From Octopus bimaculoides (Eukaryota): a DNA stretch of 36,420 bases. The position numbers and the translations under genes were made by a program. The notes under the pieces are model-generated. The model ran no database searches, was not told where the DNA came from, and saw nothing but the letters and a program-made list of their open reading frames with translations. The stretch spans positions 41,861,754 to 41,898,173 of the forward strand of contig NC_068989.1 of NCBI RefSeq assembly GCF_001194135.2. The letters are read 5' to 3'. Below are positions 1-11,169 of the stretch, one piece after another. Each line of letters opens with the position of its first letter. Within the stretch, counting starts at the first letter, position 1.

Positions 1-33
<33 letters not shown>
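1..33. repeat. (TA)n(CA)n microsatellite
   Basis: Direct reading of the sequence. Confidence 0.95.
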
Positions 34-34
<1 letters not shown>

Positions 35-1007
35 AATATATAAAGCAGGCGGGCGAGAGAGACGTGCATACATAATTTCTCCAGTAATCAATAATAATTT
101 GGGTCTTTGTTTTCATTTTTCTTTTTTATTGAATATTCATATTCGCGATACAGTTTCTATTCTCACAGTAATTCTCGCGACTTTGTTTCCTCATAATTCT
201 CTTTAGAATGAATATGCATGTCTTTTTTGACACTGTAGTGAGGCTAAGAGGACTTCCTCGTTTCTAAAGTAAAAAAAACAAACAATAGTTTTGTTACAAT
301 GAAAGATGCATTTTAAAGATTTACGAGGTAACAAAATCAGGAACATCCAAATTTTGTTACACACACACACACATACACACATATATATATATATCGTCAT
401 AACAGCCTTTCTTTATAAAAGCTAGGGCTCTGTGACCTTAACCATAACGGATCTATTTTACATAGCAACACATGATCCGACCATTTAAACAGGCAACACA
501 CAGATATGTAAACAGATCACACATTCAGTTTCGTTTTGTTGGAGATAGAATAACTCAGGAAGGGAGCCTTTGCTCGTTCATTGAGCCCGTAAGAAATACC
601 AGCCAAATATCTATAACCACAGCCGTCTTTAAAAAGAAAAAATAATAATGATAAATAAATATAGTCCTAGATACAGCCTGTTTGAATAACAAATAAATAA
701 ACGAGATGTTCAGAGTTGAATCATGCTTGGTGATAGGTCTGCTCAGATAGATTTGGAAGCATAAATAATAGCATCTAGAAACTGAAAGGCACTACTAGTT
801 CTGGCCTTCTGTAATGACAGCCACTAACTGTGAAGGCAATGACCTCGAAAAACAGTCGTCATAAATTTTTAGATTGGCTTTTCAAAAGATAAAACCATGA
901 ACCTTCTCTATTTCTCTTTCTTTCTCTCACCCTCTCTCCTAATGTTACAGAAGAATCTCTGTATCAGCTGTTCACTGCAGATCACATTATATTGATTCCG
1001 TCAGTAG

Positions 1008-1204
1008 TGTGTGTGTGTGTGTGTGCGCGCGCGCGTATTGCGTGTGATTACGTACTGTGTGTGTGTGTGTGTGATACAAAATGCAGGAGAGTGAAACTCG
1101 AATAGGAGCCAAAACCCTCATTTACTTTTTTGTCTTTTTCCTTTTTATTAGCTAAAATGCGTGTGCGTATGTGTGAGTTTCATATAAGGATATCCGTATT
1201 ATTT

Positions 1205-1250
<46 letters not shown>

Positions 1251-1333
1251 ACACACGTATACGTGTATTTGTATGTGTACATACGCATAGGCATTAGACA
1301 TACATATACATATTCATACATCAGACATACATA

Positions 1334-1367
<34 letters not shown>
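1008..1367. repeat. Cluster of (GT)n, (GC)n, (TGTC)n, (TC)n and (TA)n microsatellites
   Basis: Direct reading: 1008-1072 GT/GC, 1206-1253 TGTC/TC/AC, 1334-1367 TA. Confidence 0.9.
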
Positions 1368-1369
<2 letters not shown>

Positions 1370-2310
1370 CATATATTCATACAACTATCCATACATATAA
1401 ATATCACTCACTATTCAAATAGAAACACCTGTACACAGTACTTCCCGTTTATATTTTATATATTCACATGTACGCATATGTGTGCGTATGATTTGTGAAC
1501 ACTGATCAACTGTAGAGTGAACAAAGAAGCGTTTGCACAACAACCCGAACTGCTAGAAACGGCGACTAAATCTCTCTCAAATTACGTTGAAAAGGAAAAG
1601 ACACATTGGATAATCTAGATATAGTTACCTCTAAAAAGGTGAAGCAGTCTAAGCTAAAACTTCTTTGAACATAGGATTGCTTAATATGATCATACGAAAG
1701 GTTAAACATCAACAACGAATTAAATTTTATAAAATATCATACACACGCGTATATATAGTATGTCCTTGGTTCATTTCCAAACGCAAATCTTTATCTGTCT
1801 CCAAGAAAAGAGGTTTCTTTTTAATCCACAGATCTTTGAAAGCAGAGTGACTGATCATAATGCAAACAAGGAAATGTGTCAAGTCAGGCTGGTACACACA
1901 CGCGCGCGGGCACACACACTTTTATAGATATAAAAATGTATACATACACATATATGTATATATAGATATACATACGTACTATATACATTCATATAAAAAT
2001 AATAAAGGTGTCCGGAAGCAATTTAAAACTAAAAAGGAAATAATTCAGTCACTAAAAGCGACCAAAGGGTGTAGTGAGCACCAGCATTGCTAGAAATAAG
2101 TGTCAAAGACTCCTTGGCCACAAAACATGACTTTTTGTGACTAAGGAGTCTTTGGTCACTTTCAGTATACATTCATATATATATGCATAGACATACATGC
2201 ATATATACACACACACATATATATATATATACACACATATAAACACACACACATATATATACACATACACACACATATATATACATACACACATATATAC
2301 ACACACACAC

Positions 2311-2434
2311 AAACAATTGAGATGACAAAGGAATAAGCGATTATCTTATGAACTTCATTAGCTTACAGCTGTTCTGGATGCAGTGGACTCAAAGTTAAGC
2401 GCCTGAGTTTCACCTTATAACTTCATCGGAGCCT
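2311..2434 (-). mobile_element. Short dispersed repeat with a degenerate hammerhead-like core (copy 2)
   Basis: Reverse complement reads aggct-CCGATGA-agttataaggtg...-GAAC-AGCT-GTA-agctaatgaagttcataagataatcgcttattcctttgtcatct, clearly homologous to 6642-6760. Confidence 0.7.
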
Positions 2435-2472
2435 ATACATATGTACATACATGTCTACAAATAAATATACAT

Positions 2473-2523
<51 letters not shown>

Positions 2524-2985
2524 NNNNNNNNNNNNNNNNNNNNNNNNNNNNNNNNNNNNNNNNNNNNNNNNNNNNNNNNNNNNNNNNNNNNNNNNNNNNN
2601 NNNNNNNNNNNNNNNNNNNNNNNNNNNNNNNNNNNNNNNNNNNNNNNNNNNNNNNNNNNNNNNNNNNNNNNNNNNNNNNNNNNNNNNNNNNNNNNNNNNN
2701 NNNNNNNNNNNNNNNNNNNNNNNNNNNNNNNNNNNNNNNNNNNNNNNNNNNNNNNNNNNNNNNNNNNNNNNNNNNNNNNNNNNNNNNNNNNNNNNNNNNN
2801 NNNNNNNNNNNNNNNNNNNNNNNNNNNNNNNNNNNNNNNNNNNNNNNNNNNNNNNNNNNNNNNNNNNNNNNNNNNNNNNNNNNNNNNNNNNNNNNNNNNN
2901 NNNNNNNNNNNNNNNNNNNNNNNNNNNNNNNNNNNNNNNNNNNNNNNNNNNNNNNNNNNNNNNNNNNNNNNNNNNNNNNNNNNNN

Positions 2986-3024
<39 letters not shown>

Positions 3025-3361
3025 AACGTATGTATATAGATCTTGCAGGTATGGCAATGTGGTATTGAAGTTCACTTCCCAACCATGTGATTTCACATTC
3101 AATCTCAATGCATGGCACCTCAAGCAAGTGTCTTCTATTATAGCCCTGGGCCAATCAAAATCATGAGTAGATATGGAAGATAGAAACTGAAAGATGCCCA
3201 TCATTTAGATGTGTGTGTTTGTGCATATGTATTTGTGTTTGTACTCCACCACCACTTAACCATTGTTGGTTTGTTTACATACCCATAACTTAGTGGTGTG
3301 GTAAAATGTGACTGAGTACTACACTTGAAAGAAGTACAGGGGTTGATTTGTTCAACTAAAT

Positions 3362-4290
3362 TAACTGGGGTCCATAGGGGGGGGGTGTCCATGGATGCCA
3401 TAAAGTAAATTGGGGGTCTGTGGTAATTTTTCAGGGCCCATGAAAGAAACTGTGCTTCAGACCAGTAAAAGTTTATGTGCAAATAAATTGGTTATATGTC
3501 CACCATCATCATCATCATCATTGTTTCACGTCCGCTTTCCATGCTAGCATGGGTTGGACGATTTGACTGAGGACTGGTGATCCAGATGGCTACACCAGGC
3601 TCCAATCTGATTTGGCAGAGTTTCTATGGCTGGATGGCCTTCCTAATGCCAACCACTCCGAGAGTGTAGTGGGTGGTTTTACGTGCCACCGGCACAAAGG
3701 CCAGTCAGGCGGTACTGGCAACAGCCACGCTCAAAATGGTATACTTTACATGCCACCTGCACAGGAGTCAGTCCAGCGGCACTGGCAACGATCTCACTCA
3801 AATGACTTTTCACATGCCAGGAACACGNNNNNNNNNNGGGGGTGCCATCACAATTTCGCTTTTATTTGCCCCAACAGGTCTTCACAAGCAGAGTTTAGAG
3901 TCCAATGGAGGAGACGTTGGCATGGGGGCCAGTCGTCGAATTTAGTTTGATTTCGATTTCACTTGCTTCAACAGGTCTTCGCAAGCGGAGTACGCATAAG
4001 TGGGCTGACTACATCCCTGGCAGAGGCCTTGGATTTTGGTCTCACTTGGCTTGCCGGGTCTTCTCACACACAGCATATTTCCAAAGGTCTCGGTCAGAAG
4101 TCATTGCCTTGGTGAGGCCTAATGTTCGGAGGTCGTGCTTCACCACCTCATCCCAGGTTTTCAACGGCTTTTATATAATTCCTGATAATATTTGATTATA
4201 AAAATACAATACATCGAATGGCTATGTGGGCCCAGCCAAGTAAAACGGGAATCAAAGGGGTCCATAGGTAAAAAATGGTTGAGAACCCCC
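3362..4290 (-). mobile_element. Non-autonomous hAT (Charlie-like) MITE, degenerate, carrying a nested LINE fragment
   Basis: 4180-4290 is the reverse complement of 22842-22970 (ends ggttgagaacc). 3365-3395 resembles the opposite end of 23785-23828. Possible 8-bp TSD aactaaat (3354-3361) / aactaaac (4292-4299). Confidence 0.65.
3504..4167 (-). mobile_element. 5'-truncated RTE-type LINE: ORF C-terminus, 3'UTR and (GAT)n tail
   Basis: 4167-4042 translates PLKTWDEVVKHDLRTLGLTKAMTSDRDLWKYAVCEKTRQAK*, matching the RTE C-terminal KTW..D....DR..W motif. The 3'UTR has internal tandem units and ends catgctagcatg...(GAT)n. Confidence 0.85.
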
Positions 4291-4404
4291 AAACTAAACC
4301 CTTCAAAGCAGGCCACAAGTCAATGATGGAAACAAGCAAAAGATAAAAGATGTGTGAATAGTGCACACGTATGTTACGTTTGTGTGTCTCTGTCTTGAAA
4401 TCAT

Positions 4405-4602
4405 CGGAGTATCACCATCACACAAGCCGAGTCTCTTATTTCCAGTCTTCTGTGAAAACATGCCTGGTCACAGGGAAACATCACCTTACTTTGAAACAGA
4501 TGAGGGTTGGCCACAGGAAGGACATCCAAATGTAGAAAATCTGCCTTAAATTCCATGCCAGAATGGAAAAGTTGGTGTTAAATCAATGATGATGATGCTG
4601 CT
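4405..4602 (+). mobile_element. Short retroposon with RTE-like 3' tail
   Basis: aggaaggacatcc...catgccagaatggaaaa...(GAT)n; the body resembles 7040-7235. Confidence 0.65.
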
Positions 4603-4643
4603 GATTATGCCATTTTTTCAATTTATCAACGAGAAAATGTAAG

Positions 4644-4850
4644 TCATCATCATCATTTAACGTCTGTTTTCCATGCTGGCATGAGTTGGACAGTCTGACA
4701 GGAGCTGGCCAGCCAGAAAGCTCCAATTGTCTGTTTTGAATATGTGGCACCAGCATGGGTGCTTTATACGAGACACCGGCATGGGTGTTTTTTATGTGAT
4801 AGGTGGTCTTTACATGGCAACAAGGATATTTTTTATGTGGCACTGGCAAG
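4644..4850 (-). mobile_element. RTE-like 3' tail fragment
   Basis: (CAT)n followed by ttaacgtctgttttccatgctggcatg, homologous to 3504-3600. Confidence 0.7.
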
Positions 4851-4861
4851 AATTATTGTAA

Positions 4862-5095
4862 ACTGAAAAAGAACTCATTGTGTATGTGTGTGCACGTTTG
4901 TCCCTTCCCACCATCACTTGACAACCGATATTGGTGTGTTTAAATCTCTGTAACTTAGCGGTTCAGTAAAACTGACCGATAGAATAAGTATCAGGTTTAC
5001 AAAGAATAAGTCATGGGGTTGATTTCTTTGACGAAAAGGCAGTGCTCCAGCATGGCCACAGTCAAATGACTGAAACAAGTAAAAGAATAAAAGCT
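4862..5095 (+). mobile_element. SINE family B, second half
   Basis: cttagcggttc...gatagaataagt...ctccagcatggccacagtcaaatgactgaaacaagtaaaag; homologous to 3245-3360 and 18460-18600. Confidence 0.75.
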
Positions 5096-5144
5096 GTTCA
5101 TTTTCATTTCCCTATGTAGTTATGTCCAGGTTATCTTGTTTAAC

Positions 5145-5472
5145 AGGTTAAAGACCTTCGGTCATGAATGATCATGAGATTGCACCTAGAGCATTTCCCT
5201 CCGAGGTACAAGTCTGGACAAGGCTGTTTATGGAAGACCAGTAGTCGTCCATGCATACCACCTTCCCTATCCATCCCACAGATGTTATCCAAGGGAAAGG
5301 CAAAGGCTGATACAGCTTGCCACCAGTGACGTAGTAAATCATTTCTAAAGCTGAGTAAACTAGAGCAACGTGAAATAAAGTGTCTTGCTCAAGAACACAA
5401 TACACAGTCCCGTTCAAGAATCAAACATGATTGTGAGCCCAACGCTCAAACCACTGAGTCATGCGCCTTCAC
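5145..5472 (-). mobile_element. tRNA-derived SINE (family D, CORE-like centre), long-tail form
   Basis: Head gaaggcgcatgactcagtgg (A-box-like); centre ttgagcaagacactttatttcacgttgctc shared with 22352 and 29855; tail shared with 21808-22027. Confidence 0.8.
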
Positions 5473-5660
5473 TATTATTTAACAGACGAGAAAATTATTA
5501 TCTCCCTTGGAAACAAACCAGTGGGGTTTGGTGATAGGAAGAGTATCTAGCTGTATAAAACTCTAACCCAATATATTCTTGTCTGACAATGTTAAAACAA
5601 TGATGATGATGAACTGGCATTAACCCTTTAACTGCAAAATTAAATTTCCTGGTTATTCCA

Positions 5661-5964
5661 GTTGTTGTTGTTGGCACTCCGTCGCTTACGACGTCGTGGG
5701 TTCCAGTTGATCCGATCAATGGAACAGCCTGCTCGTGAAATTAACGTGCAAGTGGCTGAGCACTCCACAGACATGTGTACCCTTAACGCAGTTCTCAGGG
5801 ATATTCAGCGTGAGACAGTGTGACAAGGCTGGCCCTTTGAAATACAGGTACAACAGAAACAGGAAGAAAGAGTGAGAGAAAGTTGTGGTGAAAGAATACA
5901 GCAGGGTCCACCACCATCCCCTGCCGGAGCCTTGTGGAGCTTTAGGTGTTTTCGCTCAATAAAC
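5661..5964 (-). mobile_element. SINE-like retroposon (family C) with (AAC)n tail, truncated by a gap
   Basis: (GTT)n at 5661 and a subterminal hairpin gttcca-gttgatc-c-gatcaa-tggaac (about 5700-5726). The body matches 17550-17700. Confidence 0.7.
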
Positions 5965-6641
5965 NNNNNNNNNNNNNNNNNNNNNNNNNNNNNNNNNNNN
6001 NNNNNNNNNNNNNNNNNNNNNNNNNNNNNNNNNNNNNNNNNNNNNNNNNNNNNNNNNNNNNNNNNNNNNNNNNNNNNNNNNNNNNNNNNNNNNNNNNNNN
6101 NNNNNNNNNNNNNNNNNNNNNNNNNNNNNNNNNNNNNNNNNNNNNNNNNNNNNNNNNNNNNNNNNNNNNNNNNNNNNNNNNNNNNNNNNNNNNNNNNNNN
6201 NNNNNNNNNNNNNNNNNNNNNNNNNNNNNNNNNNNNNNNNNNNNNNNNNNNNNNNNNNNNNNNNNNNNNNNNNNNNNNNNNNNNNNNNNNNNNNNNNNNN
6301 AATTAACCTATTTTTTTAATGTAAAAATCTTGTCATCCAAATTTTTCAAAAGAAATTTGAAATTAGTTGAGGAACTGTTTCTTTTTGGCAAAATCATAAT
6401 CTTCATTGTTGGAAAGAACAATGCAAAGAAACTTTTGAAAATTCACAAAAGGAAAATAAAGGGAATGTTGTATTTTTTCCTGTATATAGGTGAAAAGTAT
6501 CTCCATTTTCATTTTGTATTTAAAAACCAAAAGAATGCTCTCCACTCCACACACGTGTTTGCTTTCTCATTGGAATATTTTTTCCTAAATATATATGCAT
6601 AAATGTAATCCTTTTCCCAAATAAATTGCACTTCATATTTG

Positions 6642-6760
6642 AGGCTCTGATGAAACTATAAGGTGTTACTCAGGCACCCACTACATCTTAAAGTAGAAAC
6701 AGCTGTAAGCTAATGAAGTGCATAAGGTAATTGTTTATTCTTTTGTTATCTTATTCTTTT
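6642..6760 (+). ncRNA. Candidate minimal type I hammerhead ribozyme within a short dispersed repeat (Penelope-like/retrozyme-like)
   Basis: CTGATGA at 6647-6653; stem II 6655-6666/6683-6694 (11 of 12 pairs); GAAAC at 6696-6700; palindromic AGCT; cleavage triplet GTA at 6705-6707; stem I ggct/agct (3 Watson-Crick pairs plus one G-U). Confidence 0.6.
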
Positions 6761-6789
6761 TATATATATATATATATGTTTGTGAATTA

Positions 6790-7235
6790 CTAGGTAACCT
6801 CACTGGTGTCAGTGACATGTAAAAAGCACTCAGTACACTTTGTAAAGTGGTTAGCATTAGGAAGGACATCCAACCATAGAAACACAAACTTGTGCCACGG
6901 AGGGAAACTTTGTAGATGCAATCCCATGGTCATTCATAACTGAAGTGTGTGTGTGTGTGTGTGGGGTCTTTATAATGTGTGTGTGTTTATGTTTTGTGTG
7001 CACACATCCTAGATGTCAGAAGAGGGTTTTAAATGAGCATCATCATCATTGTCAGAGAATCAAGGTCTTTCATTTCCTTTCTTCTGTGGGAAACATGTCG
7101 AGCTAAGGGAAAGTATTACCTTCCTTGGATGTGAGTGTTGGCAACAGGAAAAGCATACAGCTGTAGAAACAGATTCCATCTGCCCCATGCAAGCATGGAA
7201 AAATGGATGTTAAATAATGATGGAGGTGGTGATGA
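6790..7235 (+). mobile_element. Two RTE-tail retroposon fragments (about 6790-6890 and 7040-7235)
   Basis: gcattaggaaggacatcc and ggcaacaggaaaagcatac...catgcaagcatggaaaa...gatg motifs. Confidence 0.6.
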
Positions 7236-7679
7236 TGGTGTGTGTTCAGTGTATATATATGGATGTATATGTATTGAATATAACAAGTGCTTTATTATTT
7301 ATTTACTTCATCAGCAAGATGGAATCTGTTCATTTAAGAATCGATGCCTGTCTCTTCTTTCTATCAATCTATTTTCGGATTGTGGCTTTTAGAACATGGT
7401 GTTAGATGGTGATTGTGTTTGGTATCTGACTGATTGATATTGGTAATAATAGGAATGGAGAACTCTGAAGCTGAGGCGTAAAGAGACCACAGCCATGCAG
7501 GCACAGACAAACACACATGAATATGTATATATATAACTTGACACAAACACACACTGCAAACGTGAGCATGTATGAGTGTATGTGTGAATCAGTGAATCAA
7601 TTAGTTAATGAAAGTGAACACTGGATTGCGTTAGTGTGTGTGTAAATTAGTAAACAAGTTATAGTGTGTGTGTCTATGT

Positions 7680-7810
7680 GATCATCATCATCAAAATTAT
7701 CATCATTTAGTATCTCTTTTTCCATGCTGGCATGGGTTGGACAGTTTGACATAAACAGACAAGCCAGAGGGCTGCACCAAGTTCTAATGTCTGCTTTGGC
7801 ATGGTTTCTA
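7680..7810 (-). mobile_element. RTE-like 3' tail fragment
   Basis: (CAT)n...ttccatgctggcatgggttggacagtttgac, homologous to 3504-3620. Confidence 0.65.
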
Positions 7811-7924
7811 CATTTATATATATCTATATATACACATATACATACACAAGTATGAGCATATGTAAATACATACTCATATATAACCCATGCCACCATGGAC
7901 AATGGATGTTTGATGATGATGATA

Positions 7925-8074
7925 TTTTGAGTGGTAAGAAGTGTTCTTCCCAACCACATGGTTATGGGTTCAGTCCCACTGTGTGGTTCCTTGGGCAAGT
8001 GTCTTCTACTATAGACTTAGGCTGACCAAAGGCATGTGAATGGATTTGGTAGATGGAAATTGAAAGAAGTCTGA

Positions 8075-8120
<46 letters not shown>
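7925..8120 (+). mobile_element. SINE family B head followed by (TA)n
   Basis: gtggtaagaag...gggttcagtccc (B-box-like)...ttgggcaagtgtcttctactatag...ggatttggtagatggaaattgaaagaag. Confidence 0.8.
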
Positions 8121-8123
<3 letters not shown>

Positions 8124-8213
8124 TGATCATGGACTCTTCCCTCATTAGACAACATTTTAGGGTTCTGCCATCTCTTGCTGAAAATCCTAACAGGTTAGCA
8201 GTCAAATGACAGA

Positions 8214-8252
<39 letters not shown>

Positions 8253-8756
8253 TACCAGCATGATATCTATATGAGTGTGTGAATGTATATATGTATGTAT
8301 ATAAACATATGTATATATACACACACCTATGAATATATATATATATATATTTATATATGTGTGTGTGTGTGCATGCACACACGCACACACAAAGAGCAGT
8401 GAATGACGTGTTTGAGGAGGAAGTTAAGTTCAGTCTCCTGACACAATATAACCATCACATCCCTGACTGCCAATCTCATAAATAACTTCCTATTAGAAGC
8501 TGGTTGCTGTAGCTGCTGCTGCAGCTACTTGTTTGGGTATGAATTAGAACAAAGAACAAAAAAACAAAAAAAGCGAAAAAGAGACAAACAACCGAACAGT
8601 TTTTATCTATTGTATTTTTTATACTATTCCTACAACCCTTTGCTGTCTTTATTTACGACACTTCACATTCTGAGTTCAAACCATGTATATGTGTTGAGGG
8701 TTGTTTTCCTAATGTTTATTTCCTCAATACAGTGATGTAGCCTATCTTTAATCTAT

Positions 8757-8955
8757 AATAATAATAATAATAATAATTAGTGGTTTCAAATTTTGCCCCA
8801 AGGGCAGCAATTTTGGGGGAGGGGATGAGTCAATTACATTGAACCAGTGTTCAACTGGTACTTATTTTATTGATACCGGCTGGATAAAAGGCAAAGTCGA
8901 CCTTGGTGGAATTTGAACTCAGAACATAAAGATGGATGAAATGCCACTAAGATAA
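8757..8955 (-). mobile_element. SINE family A with (ATT)n tail
   Basis: Reverse complement contains gttctgagttcaaattccaccaaggtcgactttgcctttt...aagtaccag, ending in (ATT)n. Confidence 0.8.
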
Positions 8956-9019
8956 CCACAATAATAATAATGATAATGATTTCTTTTATTGGCCACAAGG
9001 GCTCTATGACATTTCTTCA

Positions 9020-9647
9020 AATTTTATGTTTTGAGTTCTCTTTCTGCAGAGGTCGACTATGCCTTTCAAGGTCAATAAAATAAGTACCAGTTGATAAATG
9101 GGGTTTGACGTAATCATCTTATTGCCCACTAAATTTTGTGGCCTTGTTATTAATAGCATTGTCATTAGGATGGAAAGCTAGCAGAATTATGAACATGAGT
9201 GCTTTGTGGCATTTCTTCTGGTCTTTATGTAATGAGTTCAAATTCCACAGAGGTTGTCTTTGCCCTTGATCCTCTAAGTATCAATAAAATAGAGTACAAG
9301 TACTGAGGTCAGTGTAATCAACTCGACCTCTCTCATCAAAGTTGCTAGCCAGGCACCAAAGTTGGAAATACCTTTTCTCATTATTATTAGGATGGTAAGC
9401 AGATAGAGTTGTTACAGTGTCAGACAAAATGCTTTGCAGTATTTCTTCTGACTTACCACATGCTGAATTCAAATTCCATGAGTGCCAAATTTGGCTTTCC
9501 TCCTATTAAAGTCGATATAGTACAGCACCAGTTAAATATTGGGTTTGACAGAATTGATTGACCCCCTCCCCTCAAAAAAAAAAAAATTGTTTGCCTTAAG
9601 CCAAAATGCAAAGGCCATTATTATCATTTTCTTTATTATTACTATTA

Positions 9648-9680
<33 letters not shown>

Positions 9681-10010
9681 AAGGCGATGAGCTGGCAGAA
9701 TCGTTAGCACACTGGACAAAGTGCTTAGCAGCTTTTCATCCCCCTTTACATTCAGAGTTCAAATTCTGCTGAGGTTGACTTTACCTTTCATCCTTTAAAA
9801 TAAATACTAGTGGAGGACTGGGGTCAATGTAATCGACTTCCCCTCCCCAAAATTGCTGGCCTTGTACCAAAACCTGAAACCATTATTATTATTATGATTA
9901 TTATTATTATTATTATGATTATTAAGGCAGTGAGCTGGTAGAAATGTCAGACGTAATGCTTACTGGCATTTGGTCTGTCTTTACATTCTGAGTTGAAGTT
10001 CTGCCAACAA
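9020..10010 (+). mobile_element. Head-to-tail concatemer of about five family A SINE copies
   Basis: Units at about 9020-9150, 9170-9388, 9390-9630, 9681-9881 and 9924-10010, mostly separated by (ATT)n. Each has a gagttcaaattc / gtcgactttgcctttc-like core. Confidence 0.75.
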
Positions 10011-10270
10011 TAGTGGCCAAGACATATCAGCACATGCCCTTGAGGGACATTGAGGGTGGTGAGAATAAGTGATACAGGGGTTTGGAGGATAGAGGTGACT
10101 GTAACAAATGATGAAGTGAAATATAGGAGAAACCATTTACTAGCTACCTCTGACAGGCACACTCAACATCACACTTTCAGCAGCAGTTCAAGCAGGAATT
10201 TTAGAGGTAAACCTAACTGAGCACTCTTAGTACATACCCATTACTTTTATCACTTGACAAAATCTCTTCT

Positions 10271-10310
<40 letters not shown>

Positions 10311-10869
10311 NNNNNNNNNNNNNNNNNNNNNNNNNNNNNNNNNNNNNNNNNNNNNNNNNNNNNNNNNNNNNNNNNNNNNNNNNNNNNNNNNNNNNNNNNN
10401 NNNNNNNNNNNNNNNNNNNNNNNNNNNNNNNNNNNNNNNNNNNNNNNNNNNNNNNNNNNNNNNNNNNNNNNNNNNNNNNNNNNNNNNNNNNNNNNNNNNN
10501 NNNNNNNNNNNNNNNNNNNNNNNNNNNNNNNNNNNNNNNNNNNNNNNNNNNNNNNNNNNNNNNNNNNNNNNNNNNNNNNNNNNNNNNNNNNNNNNNNNNN
10601 NNNNNNNNNNNNNNNNNNNNNNNNNNNNNNNNNNNNNNNNNNNNNNNNNNNNNNNNNNNNNNNNNNNNNNNNNNNNNNNNNNNNNNNNNNNNNNNNNNNN
10701 NNNNNNNNNNNNNNNNNNNNNNNNNNNNNNNNNNNNNNNNNNNNNNNNNNNNNNNNNNNNNNNNNNNNNNNNNNNNNNNNNNNNNNNNNNNNNNNNNNNN
10801 NNNNNNNNNNNNNNNNNNNNNNNNNNNNNNNNNNNNNNNNNNNNNNNNNNNNNNNNNNNNNNNNNNNNA

Positions 10870-11041
10870 TTCATATATATGACGGGCTTCTTTCAGTTTC
10901 CGTCTACCAAATCCACTCACAAGGCTTTTGTCGGCCTGAGGCAATAGTAGAAAACACTTGCCCAAGGTGCCACGCAGTGGGCCTGAACCTGGAACCATGT
11001 GGTTGGTAAGCAAGCTACTTCCACACAGCCACTCCTGCGCC
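10870..11041 (-). mobile_element. tRNA-derived SINE family B head, well preserved
   Basis: Reverse complement ggcgcaggagTGGCTGTGTGG (A box)...GGTTCAGGCCC (B box)...ttgggcaagtgttttctac...ggaaactgaaagaagcccgtc, then TA repeat and a gap. Confidence 0.9.
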
Positions 11042-11169
11042 TATATATAAATTCACATACAAAACACACATATATCATAGCCTTGTAAGCTCTAACAAAG
11101 GTTTTAAACACCTGTTGCCCATGCTAACACCTATAGGGGTATCACTTCATGCGCACAGCTGTACATATA

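Larger units (their letters stand above)
3045..4350 (+). mobile_element. tRNA-derived SINE (family B), split by a MITE insertion (parts about 3045-3360 and 4292-4350)
   Basis: Head matches the copy at 10870-11041 (gcaagtgtcttcta...gaaactgaaaga). After a (TG)-rich linker, the second half matches 4862-5095 and resumes after the MITE (atggaaacaagcaaaagataaaag). Confidence 0.75.

Noticed and set aside
2423-3204. Long ORFs across N-gaps (also 5872-6602 and 10227-11013)
   Set aside because: They are open only because N codons and (TA)n contain no stops.
10870-11041. tRNA-like heads with A and B boxes (also 29855-30072 and 5145-5472)
   Set aside because: They lack a complete cloverleaf and acceptor stem and continue into SINE bodies, so they are not tRNA genes.
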